Shown: piece by piece, positions 55,791 to 64,000 of the stretch
How the letters are laid out: every line of letters begins with the position of its first letter
How positions within the stretch are numbered: the first letter of the stretch is position 1
From: an uncultured delta proteobacterium
GTDB taxonomy: Bacteria; Desulfobacterota; Desulfuromonadia; Desulfuromonadales; JACZKF01
NCBI GenBank assembly: GCA_963816395.1
Contig: CAWFKQ010000009.1
Location: 288,001 to 352,000 of the forward strand
Direction: 5' to 3'
Length of the DNA: 64,000 nt
The notes under the pieces: generated by a model
Database searches by the model: none
The model's input: the letters and a program-made list of their open reading frames with translations, nothing else
What the model was told of the DNA's origin: nothing
Position numbers and translations under genes: made by a program

Positions 55791-56273
55791 ATGAACAAAG
55801 CAACGCTCCTCGATCTCATCATCCGGCAACTCTCGGCGGATCTGGCCGTGCTCTTCCAGGCCGCGAAGAGCGCGCATGCCGCTTCGACCCACGAGGAAAG
55901 CCTGCCGGACAACAAGTACGACACCCTGGCCCTGGAGGCCTCCTACATCGCCCAGGCCCAGGCCAACCGCGCCCAGGAGATCAAGGCGGCACTGGCCAGC
56001 TACCGTAGCCTGTCCCTGCGGCATTTCGACGAAGACGCGCCGATACGCCTGACCGCGCTGGTCACCCTCCAGGGGGAGGACGGGGCAAGAAAGCTGGTTT
56101 TCGTGGGGCCGCAGGCGGGAGGCTTGAAGATCAGGGCGGGCGGCGAGGAGGTGATCCTCATCACGCCGCATTCGCCGGTCGGCAGGGCGCTGCTCGGGAA
56201 AAGCGTCGGCGAGGTGGTCGGGCTGCGCAGCGACGACCTGGAGACCGAGTTCGAGATCGTGGAGGTCCGCTAG
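55791..56273 (+). CDS. GreA/GreB family protein
   Basis: NKYDTLALEASY.A, ITP.SPVGRALLGK.VGE. Confidence 0.8.
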   Translation: MNKATLLDLIIRQLSADLAVLFQAAKSAHAASTHEESLPDNKYDTLALEASYIAQAQANRAQEIKAALASYRSLSLRHFDEDAPIRLTALVTLQGEDGARKLVFVGPQAGGLKIRAGGEEVILITPHSPVGRALLGKSVGEVVGLRSDDLETEFEIVEVR

Positions 56274-56292
56274 GCCGCAAGGACGGACCTTC

Positions 56293-56973
56293 TCATTCGC
56301 TGGGGACCGGCTCGCGCATCAGCCGCTTGCCGAGGATGCCGAGCCCCAGCACCAGAATTCCGGCGCCCGCGGAGATGCCGATCAGCAGCCAGGAGACCTC
56401 CCCCCGGATCATGGCGCGGTACAGGGCTCCCGCCCCGATCACATAAACCGCGTTCATCGGCATGAAAATCAGCTCCGACCACAGCAGATAGCGCCAGAAC
56501 GAGATCCGCGTCAGCCCCAGGGCGTAGTTGTTGAGGGCAAAGGGGAAGACCGGCATCAGGCGGACAAAGGGGATGGCGATCCACTGGTTCCGTTCCGTCA
56601 TCTGCCGCAGGCGGCGGAAGCTGTCGGTGCCGCCCAGGCGCTGCTCCACCCGCCTGCGCGCCAGATAGCGGGCGATCAGGAAGCCGGCCGCGGCGGCGAG
56701 GGTGGTGGCCGCGGTCATGGTGACGAAACCCCACAGGGCGCCGAACAGAAGGGCGGCGAGGATGGTCAAGGGGGTGCCGGGGAGCAGAACGAGCGTTGCC
56801 GCTACGTACAGCAGCACATAGACGACCGGTCCCCAGTGGCCGAAAGACCAGATCCATCTCTGCAGCGCCTGCAGGTAGGTGTCGATCCCGATCAGGCGCC
56901 CGGCCACGATGAGGACGGCAATAACCAGGACGAGCGCGCTCCAGCGCAGCCGCCGGCGGGTCCGCGCTCTCAT
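56293..56973 (-). CDS. TVP38/TMEM64 (DedA/VTT) membrane protein
   Basis: LPGTPLT..A..LFG, FLIARY, RL.PVFPF...NY..GLT. Confidence 0.88.
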   Translation of the reverse strand: MRARTRRRLRWSALVLVIAVLIVAGRLIGIDTYLQALQRWIWSFGHWGPVVYVLLYVAATLVLLPGTPLTILAALLFGALWGFVTMTAATTLAAAAGFLIARYLARRRVEQRLGGTDSFRRLRQMTERNQWIAIPFVRLMPVFPFALNNYALGLTRISFWRYLLWSELIFMPMNAVYVIGAGALYRAMIRGEVSWLLIGISAGAGILVLGLGILGKRLMREPVPSE

Positions 56974-57153
56974 TCCGGGGCCTTCGCCGGCCGAACCGCC
57001 GGCTCCCCCTGCCTTCCGGCGCGGTCATGGCGGCAGGCCGCTGGTCCTCTGCTGCCCCTGCCAGTCGAGAAAATCCGGCACTGCCGGCGGTCCAGTGTCA
57101 TTGGCTGTCTCGGGTGCTTGGAAAGGTGACCTTTAAACCTTAAAACGGCAATT

Positions 57154-57258
57154 AGCCACGGATAAAATCCGATAAAATCTGATAGATCAACGACATAGTC
57201 CTCTTCAGGTCCTAACCTTCTGGTTTGATCCGTGTGCAAATGCTGTTTCTGGTTAAAA
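57154..57258. repeat. Short degenerate direct/inverted repeat element
   Basis: CCACGGATAAAATCCGATAAAATCTGATA ... ATCCGTGTG, in AT-rich intergenic DNA. Confidence 0.45.
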
Positions 57259-57325
57259 GGATAAACCGGCGGCCGGAGGGTGCAAGGGCCGATGTGGCTG
57301 GCGACCCTCGGCAAGCCCGCTGGTC

Positions 57326-58163
57326 TCATCCTCCTGCTGCGGGTTGCGGGATCCCTCCGTAAGCACCCGCCTGAAAGCACAGCTTCTGCGTCGCCGCTCC
57401 CCACCGCTGGCGTTCCGCAATAAGCCGCAGCAGAAGCATGCCATCGTTGACCAGGCGACCGCCCAGCACGTGAACACCCCGCGCAAACAGGGGGTCGGGA
57501 AAGTATCCCGCCGTAGGCCCCAGCACCGAAATATGTTCGGCAGCGGTGCACTGCTGCAGGACTTCGTCAAGGGTATCGTTCAACACGGTCGTACTGGTGC
57601 AAAGCACTTTATTGCAGGTGTTCAACGCGGTGACATCGAGCGTCACCTGCAGATTCGGGTAACGCTCGATCAGTTGCGCATTTTTTTCCACGATGACGAG
57701 CTCGGCCCGGCTGTGGCGCATATGCTTGAGCAGCGGCGGGAAAAAGCCGACCATACCCACGCGGTCACCAGCCTCGATATTCATCAGTCCGAGGGAGTCG
57801 GTGGCGGCGCCGGGTGTGCAGTTCGCCAGACGCATGACATGCTGACAAATGCCGTTGATGGCAGCCAGCCCGAGCATGTTCTGCAGGGGGTCGGTTCCGC
57901 CGAAAGCTTCCGCAAGCTGCTCAGGGCGGGTGCCGATAAACGATTGCGGCTGTAAGGCCCGGTAGCCCTCTGCACTGCTGCCGGGCAACAGCACATAGCT
58001 GATCCCCCCGGCGCCGCTTTCCAGCGCCAGGGCCATAAACTCGCAGTCCTTGGGCTGGCCGCCTGCATGAAAGGGCGGGAAGACGATCCCGGCCACCTTC
58101 GGAATCTGGAAAGCGGGCGGCGAGTCCCAGTGCCATATCCCGTACTTCAGTCATAATACCCAT
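57326..58163 (-). CDS. DUF364/Rossmann-like putative metal-chelation protein (frameshift near 58108)
   Basis: GLAAIN, VGMVGFF.P, T.TT.LN.TL, GPTA, LF..GV..LGG. Confidence 0.75.
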
Positions 58164-58437
58164 CGGTCACAACTCCCTGAAAATTTCTGGTAAAGATCCA
58201 AAGGCGAAGATGCAGTGCCTTAAATAACACGCAAATTACGCGATTCCCAAGTCGATCCATCTATTTTTTTGAAAAGAAATCGCTCCTGGAATGGTATATA
58301 AGCGGCGAAACAGGGCGATCGGCGGGGTCGAAAGGCCAGCGTAATCACCCCGGCTTTTCTATTATGGGGCGAAAATCCGCAACCAGCCGCCGCTCCTGCG
58401 GTGCCGGGTGGGCACGCTAACCAGTGAGAGAAGCCTC

Positions 58438-59366
58438 GTGCATGATGTGAGACCGAAAACGGCCGAGCGGCAACCGCCGGATCTCACCCGCCAGGGGGTC
58501 CTCTTCGGCCTGGCGGCCTACCTGATCTGGGGATGTTTCCCTCCGTTCTTCAAGGCCCTGGCCGGCGCCGGGCCGCTGGAGATCGTCGCCCACCGCATCC
58601 TCTGGTCTTTTCTCTTTCTGCTCCCGGTGATCGGCTTTCACCGGCAGTACGGCGCCATCCGGCGCACCCTCGGCGACCGCTCCCTCCTCCTCACCCTCGC
58701 CGCCTCCACGCTCCTGATCGCCACCAACTGGCTGGTCTTCATCTACTCCGTGGAACAGGGGGAGGTCCTGCAAGCGAGCCTCGGCTATTTTCTCAACCCC
58801 CTGGTCAGCGTTCTTCTCGGGCTCTTCTTTCTGCGGGAGAGGCTGAATGTCCGGCAGGGGGTCAGCGTCGCCCTGGCCGCCGCCGCCGTCCTCACCCTGT
58901 CGCTCCATCTCGGCCGGGTGCCCTGGATCGCCCTGGTGCTGGCGGTCACCTTCGGCCTCTACGGACTGCTGCGCAAGATCGCGCGCATCGACGCTCTCGT
59001 CGGACTGACGGTGGAGACGCTCCTGCTCGCCCCCGCCGCCCTCGGCTATATTCGTGTTACCTCCAGGGATCGGGACAAGGCGCTTTTCTCGCCGGCTCCA
59101 TCCAGCTGGACCTGCTCCTCCCCCTCTCCGGGGTGGTCACCGCCATCCCCCTCCTGCTCTTCGTCGGCGCTGCCCGCCGGCTGCGGCTGGCCACCGTCGG
59201 CTTCCTCCAGTATCTCACCCCCACCCTGCACTTCGTCTGGGCGGTCGCCGTCTTCGGCGAGCCCTTCTCCCCGTACCACCTGCTCAGCTTCTTCCTGATC
59301 TGGCTCGGCCTGGCTCTCTACTCCGGCGATGCGGTCTGGCAGGCCCGCGTCGGCCGGAGCCGATGA
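58438..59366 (+). CDS. rarD: EamA family transporter RarD (frameshift near 59052)
   Basis: AY.IWG..P, HRI.WS, NW..FI, SLGYF.NPL, TFGLYGL.RK, G..QY..PT, FGE. Confidence 0.9.
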
Positions 59367-59564
59367 GCGAGATGGCGGCCGCAACCTGAATCGCCCCGGC
59401 AACCAGCTCCCCCCTCCTATTCACTCCTATTCCCAATTCCGTTGTCAAGTGGGGGTCCGGCTGCTCGATCAGCGTCTTGAGCCCTGGAGTTTGTACTCGC
59501 GGACGGCCGGGGTGATAAACTGGAGAGGAGGTTCAGAACCGGAGAGTGCTTGGGGGGTAAATCG

Positions 59565-60119
59565 ATGGAATCGGGTTTGAACAAGGCCGCGGGAAGCGGG
59601 CACAACCACAGGAGATCCGTCAGGCGTCTCCTCCTGGTTCTCGCCACCCTCTTTTTCGCAACGGCGTGCGCCCCGGCCGTCAGCAGGCAGTCGATGAACC
59701 TGGTCGATCAGGCGATCACCTTCCAGGAGTTGGCCCAGAACCCGGACCGCTACACCGGCCGCTATCTTCTCCTCGGCGGCTCCATCGTCGCCGTGCGCTC
59801 CGTCAACGGAAAGGGGAGCGAAATGGAGGTGGTCCAGCACCCCGTCGACGACCGCGGCAGGATATCTTCCACCGACCGCTCGGCCGGCCGCTTCATCCTC
59901 AAGGACGACGCCTTTCGCGATCCGGCCATCTACAGCCCCGGAAAGCTCATCACGGTGGTGGCGCAGGTGGCGGGGAGCCGGATGGGCCGCATCGGCGAGT
60001 TCGATTATCTCTACCCCGTGCTGACCGTGCATGAACTCCGCCTCTGGGGTGCGGAGGATTATCCCGGCGCCAGTCCAAGTTTTTTCGGCTTCGGTATCGG
60101 TGTCGGGATCGGCCTGTGA
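59565..60119 (+). CDS. Slp family outer-membrane lipoprotein
   Basis: Lipobox ATAC, LLGG.I, GRF, DPAIY..G..ITV, Y.YPV, C-terminal FGFGIGVGIG. Confidence 0.85.
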   Translation: MESGLNKAAGSGHNHRRSVRRLLLVLATLFFATACAPAVSRQSMNLVDQAITFQELAQNPDRYTGRYLLLGGSIVAVRSVNGKGSEMEVVQHPVDDRGRISSTDRSAGRFILKDDAFRDPAIYSPGKLITVVAQVAGSRMGRIGEFDYLYPVLTVHELRLWGAEDYPGASPSFFGFGIGVGIGL

Positions 60120-60210
60120 GCGGGCGGCTCCTGCGGCGGCAGATCCACAACCGGCCGCATGCGAAGGCGCGAAGAGCGCGAAGTGAAATCCCGCCGGCTC
60201 CGCCTCCTTC

Positions 60211-61107
60211 CTACCGGCGCCAGGAGCCGAGGAAAATCCCGAAGAGGATCAGGGCAATCCCCAGGACCTCATGACCGGCGGTCGGCCGGTTGAAGAGGAG
60301 GATATCCCAGATCATGGAGAGGGTCGGCTGCAGCAGCAGGACCAGGCCGGCAACGGTCGCCCGGATGTGGCGCATGGCCGAGGAGATCAGTGTCCAGCCG
60401 AGGGTGGTGCTCACCACCCCGACGCCGATGAGGGCGAAGAGCGAACCCGAATCCGGGATGCGGAAGGAGGCGCCGGTGGCGGCGGTGACCGTCCCCATGA
60501 AACTCATGCAGATCAGGGAGACGACGAGCATGGCGGAGATGCCGTTGCTCCCGGAATGGTTCATCCCCTCCTTGAGAAACAGGATGTAGCCCGAGTAAAA
60601 GACGGCGGTGCCGAGGCCGAGAAGGATGCCGAGCCGGTAGCCGGCATCGAGTCCCTGCCCATCGACCCCGGTGATCAGCAGCAGCCCGGCCAGACCCAGC
60701 ACCACCGCCACCATGAACTGGCCGGTGATCTTCTGCTTCAAAAACAGCCAGGAGAAGAGGGCGGTGAAGAAGACCTGGAAATTGCCGAGCAGGGTCGCCA
60801 GCCCGGGGCCGACCAGGTGGATGCTCCGGTGCCAGCACATGAAGTCGATGCCGAGAAAGAGTCCGCCGGCCGCCAGCAGCAAACGCCGCCGGTGGGGCAT
60901 GTGCCAGGGGATGCGGGCGAGGAGAAGCCAGAGCAGCAGCGACACCCCGGAGAAGAGCATCCGGTAAAATCCGGCGCTGTCCGGGGAGACGTTGGCCAGC
61001 TTGATCAGGATCGGCGAAAAACTGATGCAGACCGACCCGGCCAGCAGCCGCAGCAGCGGCAGGTGGGCGGGCGGGGCAGGATGGGCAGGGGGAGCGCTGG
61101 TGGTCAT
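60211..61107 (-). CDS. DMT/EamA family transporter
   Basis: About 10 TM segments; S.SPI..K, FYR, WH.SI, ATLL.N.Q, LLLQP. Confidence 0.85.
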   Translation of the reverse strand: MTTSAPPAHPAPPAHLPLLRLLAGSVCISFSPILIKLANVSPDSAGFYRMLFSGVSLLLWLLLARIPWHMPHRRRLLLAAGGLFLGIDFMCWHRSIHLVGPGLATLLGNFQVFFTALFSWLFLKQKITGQFMVAVVLGLAGLLLITGVDGQGLDAGYRLGILLGLGTAVFYSGYILFLKEGMNHSGSNGISAMLVVSLICMSFMGTVTAATGASFRIPDSGSLFALIGVGVVSTTLGWTLISSAMRHIRATVAGLVLLLQPTLSMIWDILLFNRPTAGHEVLGIALILFGIFLGSWRR

Positions 61108-61287
61108 GGGGCCGATATCCTGCACGAAGGAATTCGTCACCTTAGCAGAGAGCGCTGCCTGGGTAAACACCCAGGGCGATCAGGCGGGCCTTAAGACAGG
61201 TGACGCGCGGCGTCATGCCTGGCAGGGAATTGCCAGGACAAAAATTGCTTTTCATGGAAGATGCTTGATTTGCCGACTCTTATTCAA

Positions 61288-61304
61288 TTGGCCTCGTTTT
61301 TGCT
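61288..61304 (+). promoter_or_regulatory. Putative sigma-54 promoter
   Basis: TTGGCCTCGTTTTTGCT with GG-N10-GC spacing, about 80 nt upstream of the ATG at 61386. Confidence 0.55.
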
Positions 61305-61385
61305 GTCAAAGGTAACCATGCCCGGCCGTTCCGTCAGGCCATATTCGATAACTGATCCAATCTCAACAGGAAGGATGGTAAACAA

Positions 61386-61925
61386 ATGAAAAAATTTCTT
61401 GGTCTGCTCCTTGTCGCAACTCTCCTTTTCGCCGGCTGCTCCCAGGAAAGCGGTCATAGAAGATCAGGCGGCCCAGGACATCGCGCCGGCCGTCGCCGAA
61501 CCGGCACCCCCTGCCGTGGCCGCAACCGACGCACCTGCCGTCGTGCAGGAGGCGCCCGCGCCGGTCGCCGAGGTGCAGAAGCCGTGGCGGAGCCTGCCGC
61601 CACGAAGGTTTTCTTCGCCTTCGATTCGAGCCTGCTGACCCCTGAGAGCAAGGCGGTACTGACGGCCAATTCCCTGTGGCTGCAGGCCCAGCCGGAGGTC
61701 CGGATCGTCATCGAGGGGAATACGGACGAACGCGGCTCCAGCTCTTACAACCTGGCCCTGGGCGAGAAACGGGCGCAGGCCGCCCGTGACTATCTGGTGA
61801 ATCTGGGGGTCGCTCCCGACCGGATAGCCTTCATCAGCTACGGCGAAGAGAAGGCCGCCAGGGCTGCCAACGACGAAGCCATCTGGGCCAAGGACCGGCG
61901 GGCGGTAATCGTCAGGAAAGACTGA
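61386..61925 (+). CDS. Pal/OmpA-family lipoprotein (compensating indels near 61452 and 61572)
   Basis: Lipobox FAGC; FFAFDSS.L, IEGNTDERGS..YN.ALGEKRA, SYGEE, DRRA. Confidence 0.85.
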   Translation: MKKFLGLLLVATLLFAGCSQESGHRRSGGPGHRAGRRRTGTPCRGRNRRTCRRAGGARAGRRGAEAVAEPAATKVFFAFDSSLLTPESKAVLTANSLWLQAQPEVRIVIEGNTDERGSSSYNLALGEKRAQAARDYLVNLGVAPDRIAFISYGEEKAARAANDEAIWAKDRRAVIVRKD

Positions 61926-61952
61926 CCACTACAAGCAAAACTGCTGGGCACG

Positions 61953-61990
61953 CGAGAGGGAAGACCGTCTGGTTTTCCCTCTCGTTTTTT
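61953..61990 (+). terminator. Rho-independent terminator
   Basis: CGAGAGGGAAGACC-gtct-GGTTTTCCCTCTCG then TTTTTT. Confidence 0.8.
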
Positions 61991-62105
61991 CTCGTTCCTG
62001 GTTGAGTGGGGGCGCGGCGCTCCGACCCCGGCGGCGCCCGTTTTTGACAAGAGCGCCTTTTCGATTATGTGTTAAGGAGAATCTTGACCATGAAGGGGAG
62101 GCGCC

Positions 62106-62603
62106 ATGTTCGAAAACGTTGATGTGCAAGAGGCGATCAAGCGCTCGATCCAGACCGAAAAGAACGCCCGCGACTTCTACCGTCTGGGTGCCAGACACTT
62201 GCGCGACAAGCAGGCCCGCAAAACCTTCGAGCTGTTGGCCGGGGAGGAGGCGGAGCACGCCAGGATGTTCTACGACATCTACACCGGGGCCGACATCCCC
62301 GATTTCGAGGCTTTCATGGCCGTTGACCCGCTGCGGGACTCCGACTGGCTGACCGATCTGGAAAAGGAGCTGATCGAGGAACTCGACGAGCGGCGGGCCA
62401 TGGAACTCGCCATGGACAAGGAGCTCAAGCTGGAGGCGGCTCTGCGGACGATGGCCGGCAAGATTCCTGATGAAAAAGTGCAAGAGGTGTTTCTGAAAAA
62501 TGCTGAATCGACCCACCAGCATTTCGAGCTGATCGAATCGGAATACGCCCACCTCATGGGGATGGTGCACGAGACGGACATCGATATTTACGTACGTGAA
62601 TAG
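62106..62603 (+). CDS. Ferritin-like/rubrerythrin-domain protein, paralog of 3165..3662
   Basis: SIQTEK...FY, EEAEH, AMELAM..E, ST.QH; tail ELIESEYA.LM.MVHETDID.YVRE shared. Confidence 0.85.
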   Translation: MFENVDVQEAIKRSIQTEKNARDFYRLGARHLRDKQARKTFELLAGEEAEHARMFYDIYTGADIPDFEAFMAVDPLRDSDWLTDLEKELIEELDERRAMELAMDKELKLEAALRTMAGKIPDEKVQEVFLKNAESTHQHFELIESEYAHLMGMVHETDIDIYVRE

Positions 62604-62698
62604 ATGATTTTCCGTACGTCCCGCCTTCTCCGGCAGGATCCAGCGCCGCCCCGGTGACCTGAGGTTTCGTCATGACTGCCGATGTCGCCACTCTCCCC

Positions 62699-63472
62699 TT
62701 AATAGCGGAAGTGCTTGATCTTCTCGCCCTTCTCACCGATTTCGGTCATCGCATCCAGCCCAAGGCGCAAGTGAATGTCGGCCCACTGGCGGGTCACGGC
62801 GAGGTCCGACTCCCCGGTCTTCACCCCCTCCGGGGTGACGGGCAGGTCGGAAACGAGCAGCAGGGCGCCGCGGGAGATGGCGTTGTGATGGCCGACGATG
62901 AAAAGGGTGGCGGTTTCCATATCGATGGCGATGCAGGTCAGCCGGCGCAGCCGCTCGAGAAAGATATGGTCGTGTTCCCACAGGCGTCGGTTGGTGGTAT
63001 AGACCACCCCGGTCCGATAGTCGAACCCCGCGGCCAGAATCTTTTCAGAGACGAACTTGTGCAGCTTGAAGGAGGGGAGCGCCGGGACTTCCGGGGGGAA
63101 GTAGTCGTCGCTCGTCCCCTCACCGCGGATGGCGGCGATGGGAAGGATGAAGTGGCCGATCTCGGTCGACTTCTTCAGGCCGCCGCACTTGCCGAGAAAG
63201 AGCACGCCCTTGGGCTTGGGGGCACTGAGCAGGTCCATGATGGTGGCGGCGTTGGGGGAGCCGATGCCGAAATTGACGATCGAAAGCCCCTGGGTGTTGG
63301 TCGCGGCCTGCATCGGCCGCCCTTCGCCGCGCAACTCGCAGCCGTAGATCTCCGCGAAGCGCTCGACGTGGTAGCGGTAGTTGGTGAGGAGGATGTATTC
63401 CCCGAAGTCGCGCAGGGACATCCCGGTGTAGCGGGGAAGCCAGTCCCTGGCGATGTGCAGCCGATCGAGCAT
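62699..63472 (-). CDS. amn: AMP nucleosidase (short form)
   Basis: WLPRYTG, YILLTNY, NFGIGSPNAATIMDLL, GKCGGL, RGEGTS.DY, TNRRLWE, DMETAT. Confidence 0.9.
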   Translation of the reverse strand: MLDRLHIARDWLPRYTGMSLRDFGEYILLTNYRYHVERFAEIYGCELRGEGRPMQAATNTQGLSIVNFGIGSPNAATIMDLLSAPKPKGVLFLGKCGGLKKSTEIGHFILPIAAIRGEGTSDDYFPPEVPALPSFKLHKFVSEKILAAGFDYRTGVVYTTNRRLWEHDHIFLERLRRLTCIAIDMETATLFIVGHHNAISRGALLLVSDLPVTPEGVKTGESDLAVTRQWADIHLRLGLDAMTEIGEKGEKIKHFRY

Positions 63473-63560
63473 GGTCTTGAGTCCCAGGCGGAAGAAAGCG
63501 GTCCCTTCTTAGGAAAAGATAGCGGAAGCGGGGCGGAGGACAAGGTGAAAACCAAGTCCA

Positions 63561-63899
63561 TCATCCCCCATCCCAGCCAGTGGCGAGATCGCGGGCCGGA
63601 ATGGCCTGAGATACCAGGCGATCCTTGGCCGGTCGATTCATGGATTTGATTTCGGCTTCTCTGCTGGAAGCAGAGGATCGACTGTGGCCCGTTTCAAGGT
63701 ACACCACCTGTAAAGGCTGCCGCCCCCTGAAATACTTGGCGCCGCGTCCAGCCGAGTGCTGCTGGATGCGTCTTTCGACATTGGTCGTAATCCCCGTATA
63801 GAGGGAATTATCCGAGCAGAGGATGATATAGACCTGCCAATTCAGGGCGGGGGAATTTGTAGGCAAGGCAAGGATTCGAGCCATCTTGGTCTTCGTCAC
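63561..63899 (-). CDS. GIY-YIG nuclease family protein (UPF0213-like); start uncertain
   Basis: W.VYII.C.D.SLYTGIT....RR..QH..G.GAKY.R, A..RE..IK. Confidence 0.85.
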   Translation of the reverse strand: MTKTKMARILALPTNSPALNWQVYIILCSDNSLYTGITTNVERRIQQHSAGRGAKYFRGRQPLQVVYLETGHSRSSASSREAEIKSMNRPAKDRLVSQAIPARDLATGWDGG

Positions 63900-64000
63900 G
63901 CCATTGGAGACATTGAGTCGGGACAGCCTTCCGGTTTGTTACCGAGTTTCGGGATGATTTTGAGCGAAGAGGCGGGAATTATTCAGCCGGCGCCGGGGCG

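Noticed and set aside
61220..61233. TGGCAGGGAATTGC as a sigma-54 promoter
   Set aside because: GG-to-GC spacing is 9, not 10; kept only as a palindrome
63561..63899. GIY-YIG as a homing endonuclease or mobile element
   Set aside because: Short stand-alone UPF0213-type protein with no intron or element context

Overview
High-GC bacterial chromosomal segment. Gene content (futalosine menaquinone genes, PilZ protein, rubrerythrin-type ferritins, CxxCH cytochrome, sigma-54 promoters, short hepta-/octamer intergenic repeats) suggests a Desulfuromonadales/Geobacterales-like deltaproteobacterium; this is an inference. About 60 CDS, mostly housekeeping and transport: radC, U32 protein, pfkA, short S1, RNase HII-like, rnd, mutY, pgi, hisC, mqnC/mqnE/ubiX/ubiA, Mla-type ABC, hydantoinase/oxoprolinase A/B, PAS kinase, Liv-type ABC, rarD, amn. 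More than 20 genes, including core ones, carry indels (mostly single-base insertions), which most likely reflect long-read errors rather than pseudogenes. The main accessory element is a ~7.5 kb cassette (uncharacterised ~720-aa protein, Type III Mod, KilA-N, Type III Res) sitting between mqnE and mqnC, with touching or overlapping stop/start codons at three of five junctions. Its Mod has an AT-rich, apparently swapped TRD and an apparent C-terminal deletion. Other notable items: a 29-aa hydrophobic peptide with a consensus sigma-54 promoter, a dispersed pair of ~63-aa three-Cys paralogs, a head-to-head pair of 17-kDa-antigen-like paralogs (one with a 156-bp tandem repeat), and short tandem/inverted repeats at gene junctions. 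No rRNA, tRNA, CRISPR array, integrase or transposase was recognised. I cannot claim a clearly new system; the cassette and the sigma-54 peptide are the best leads.
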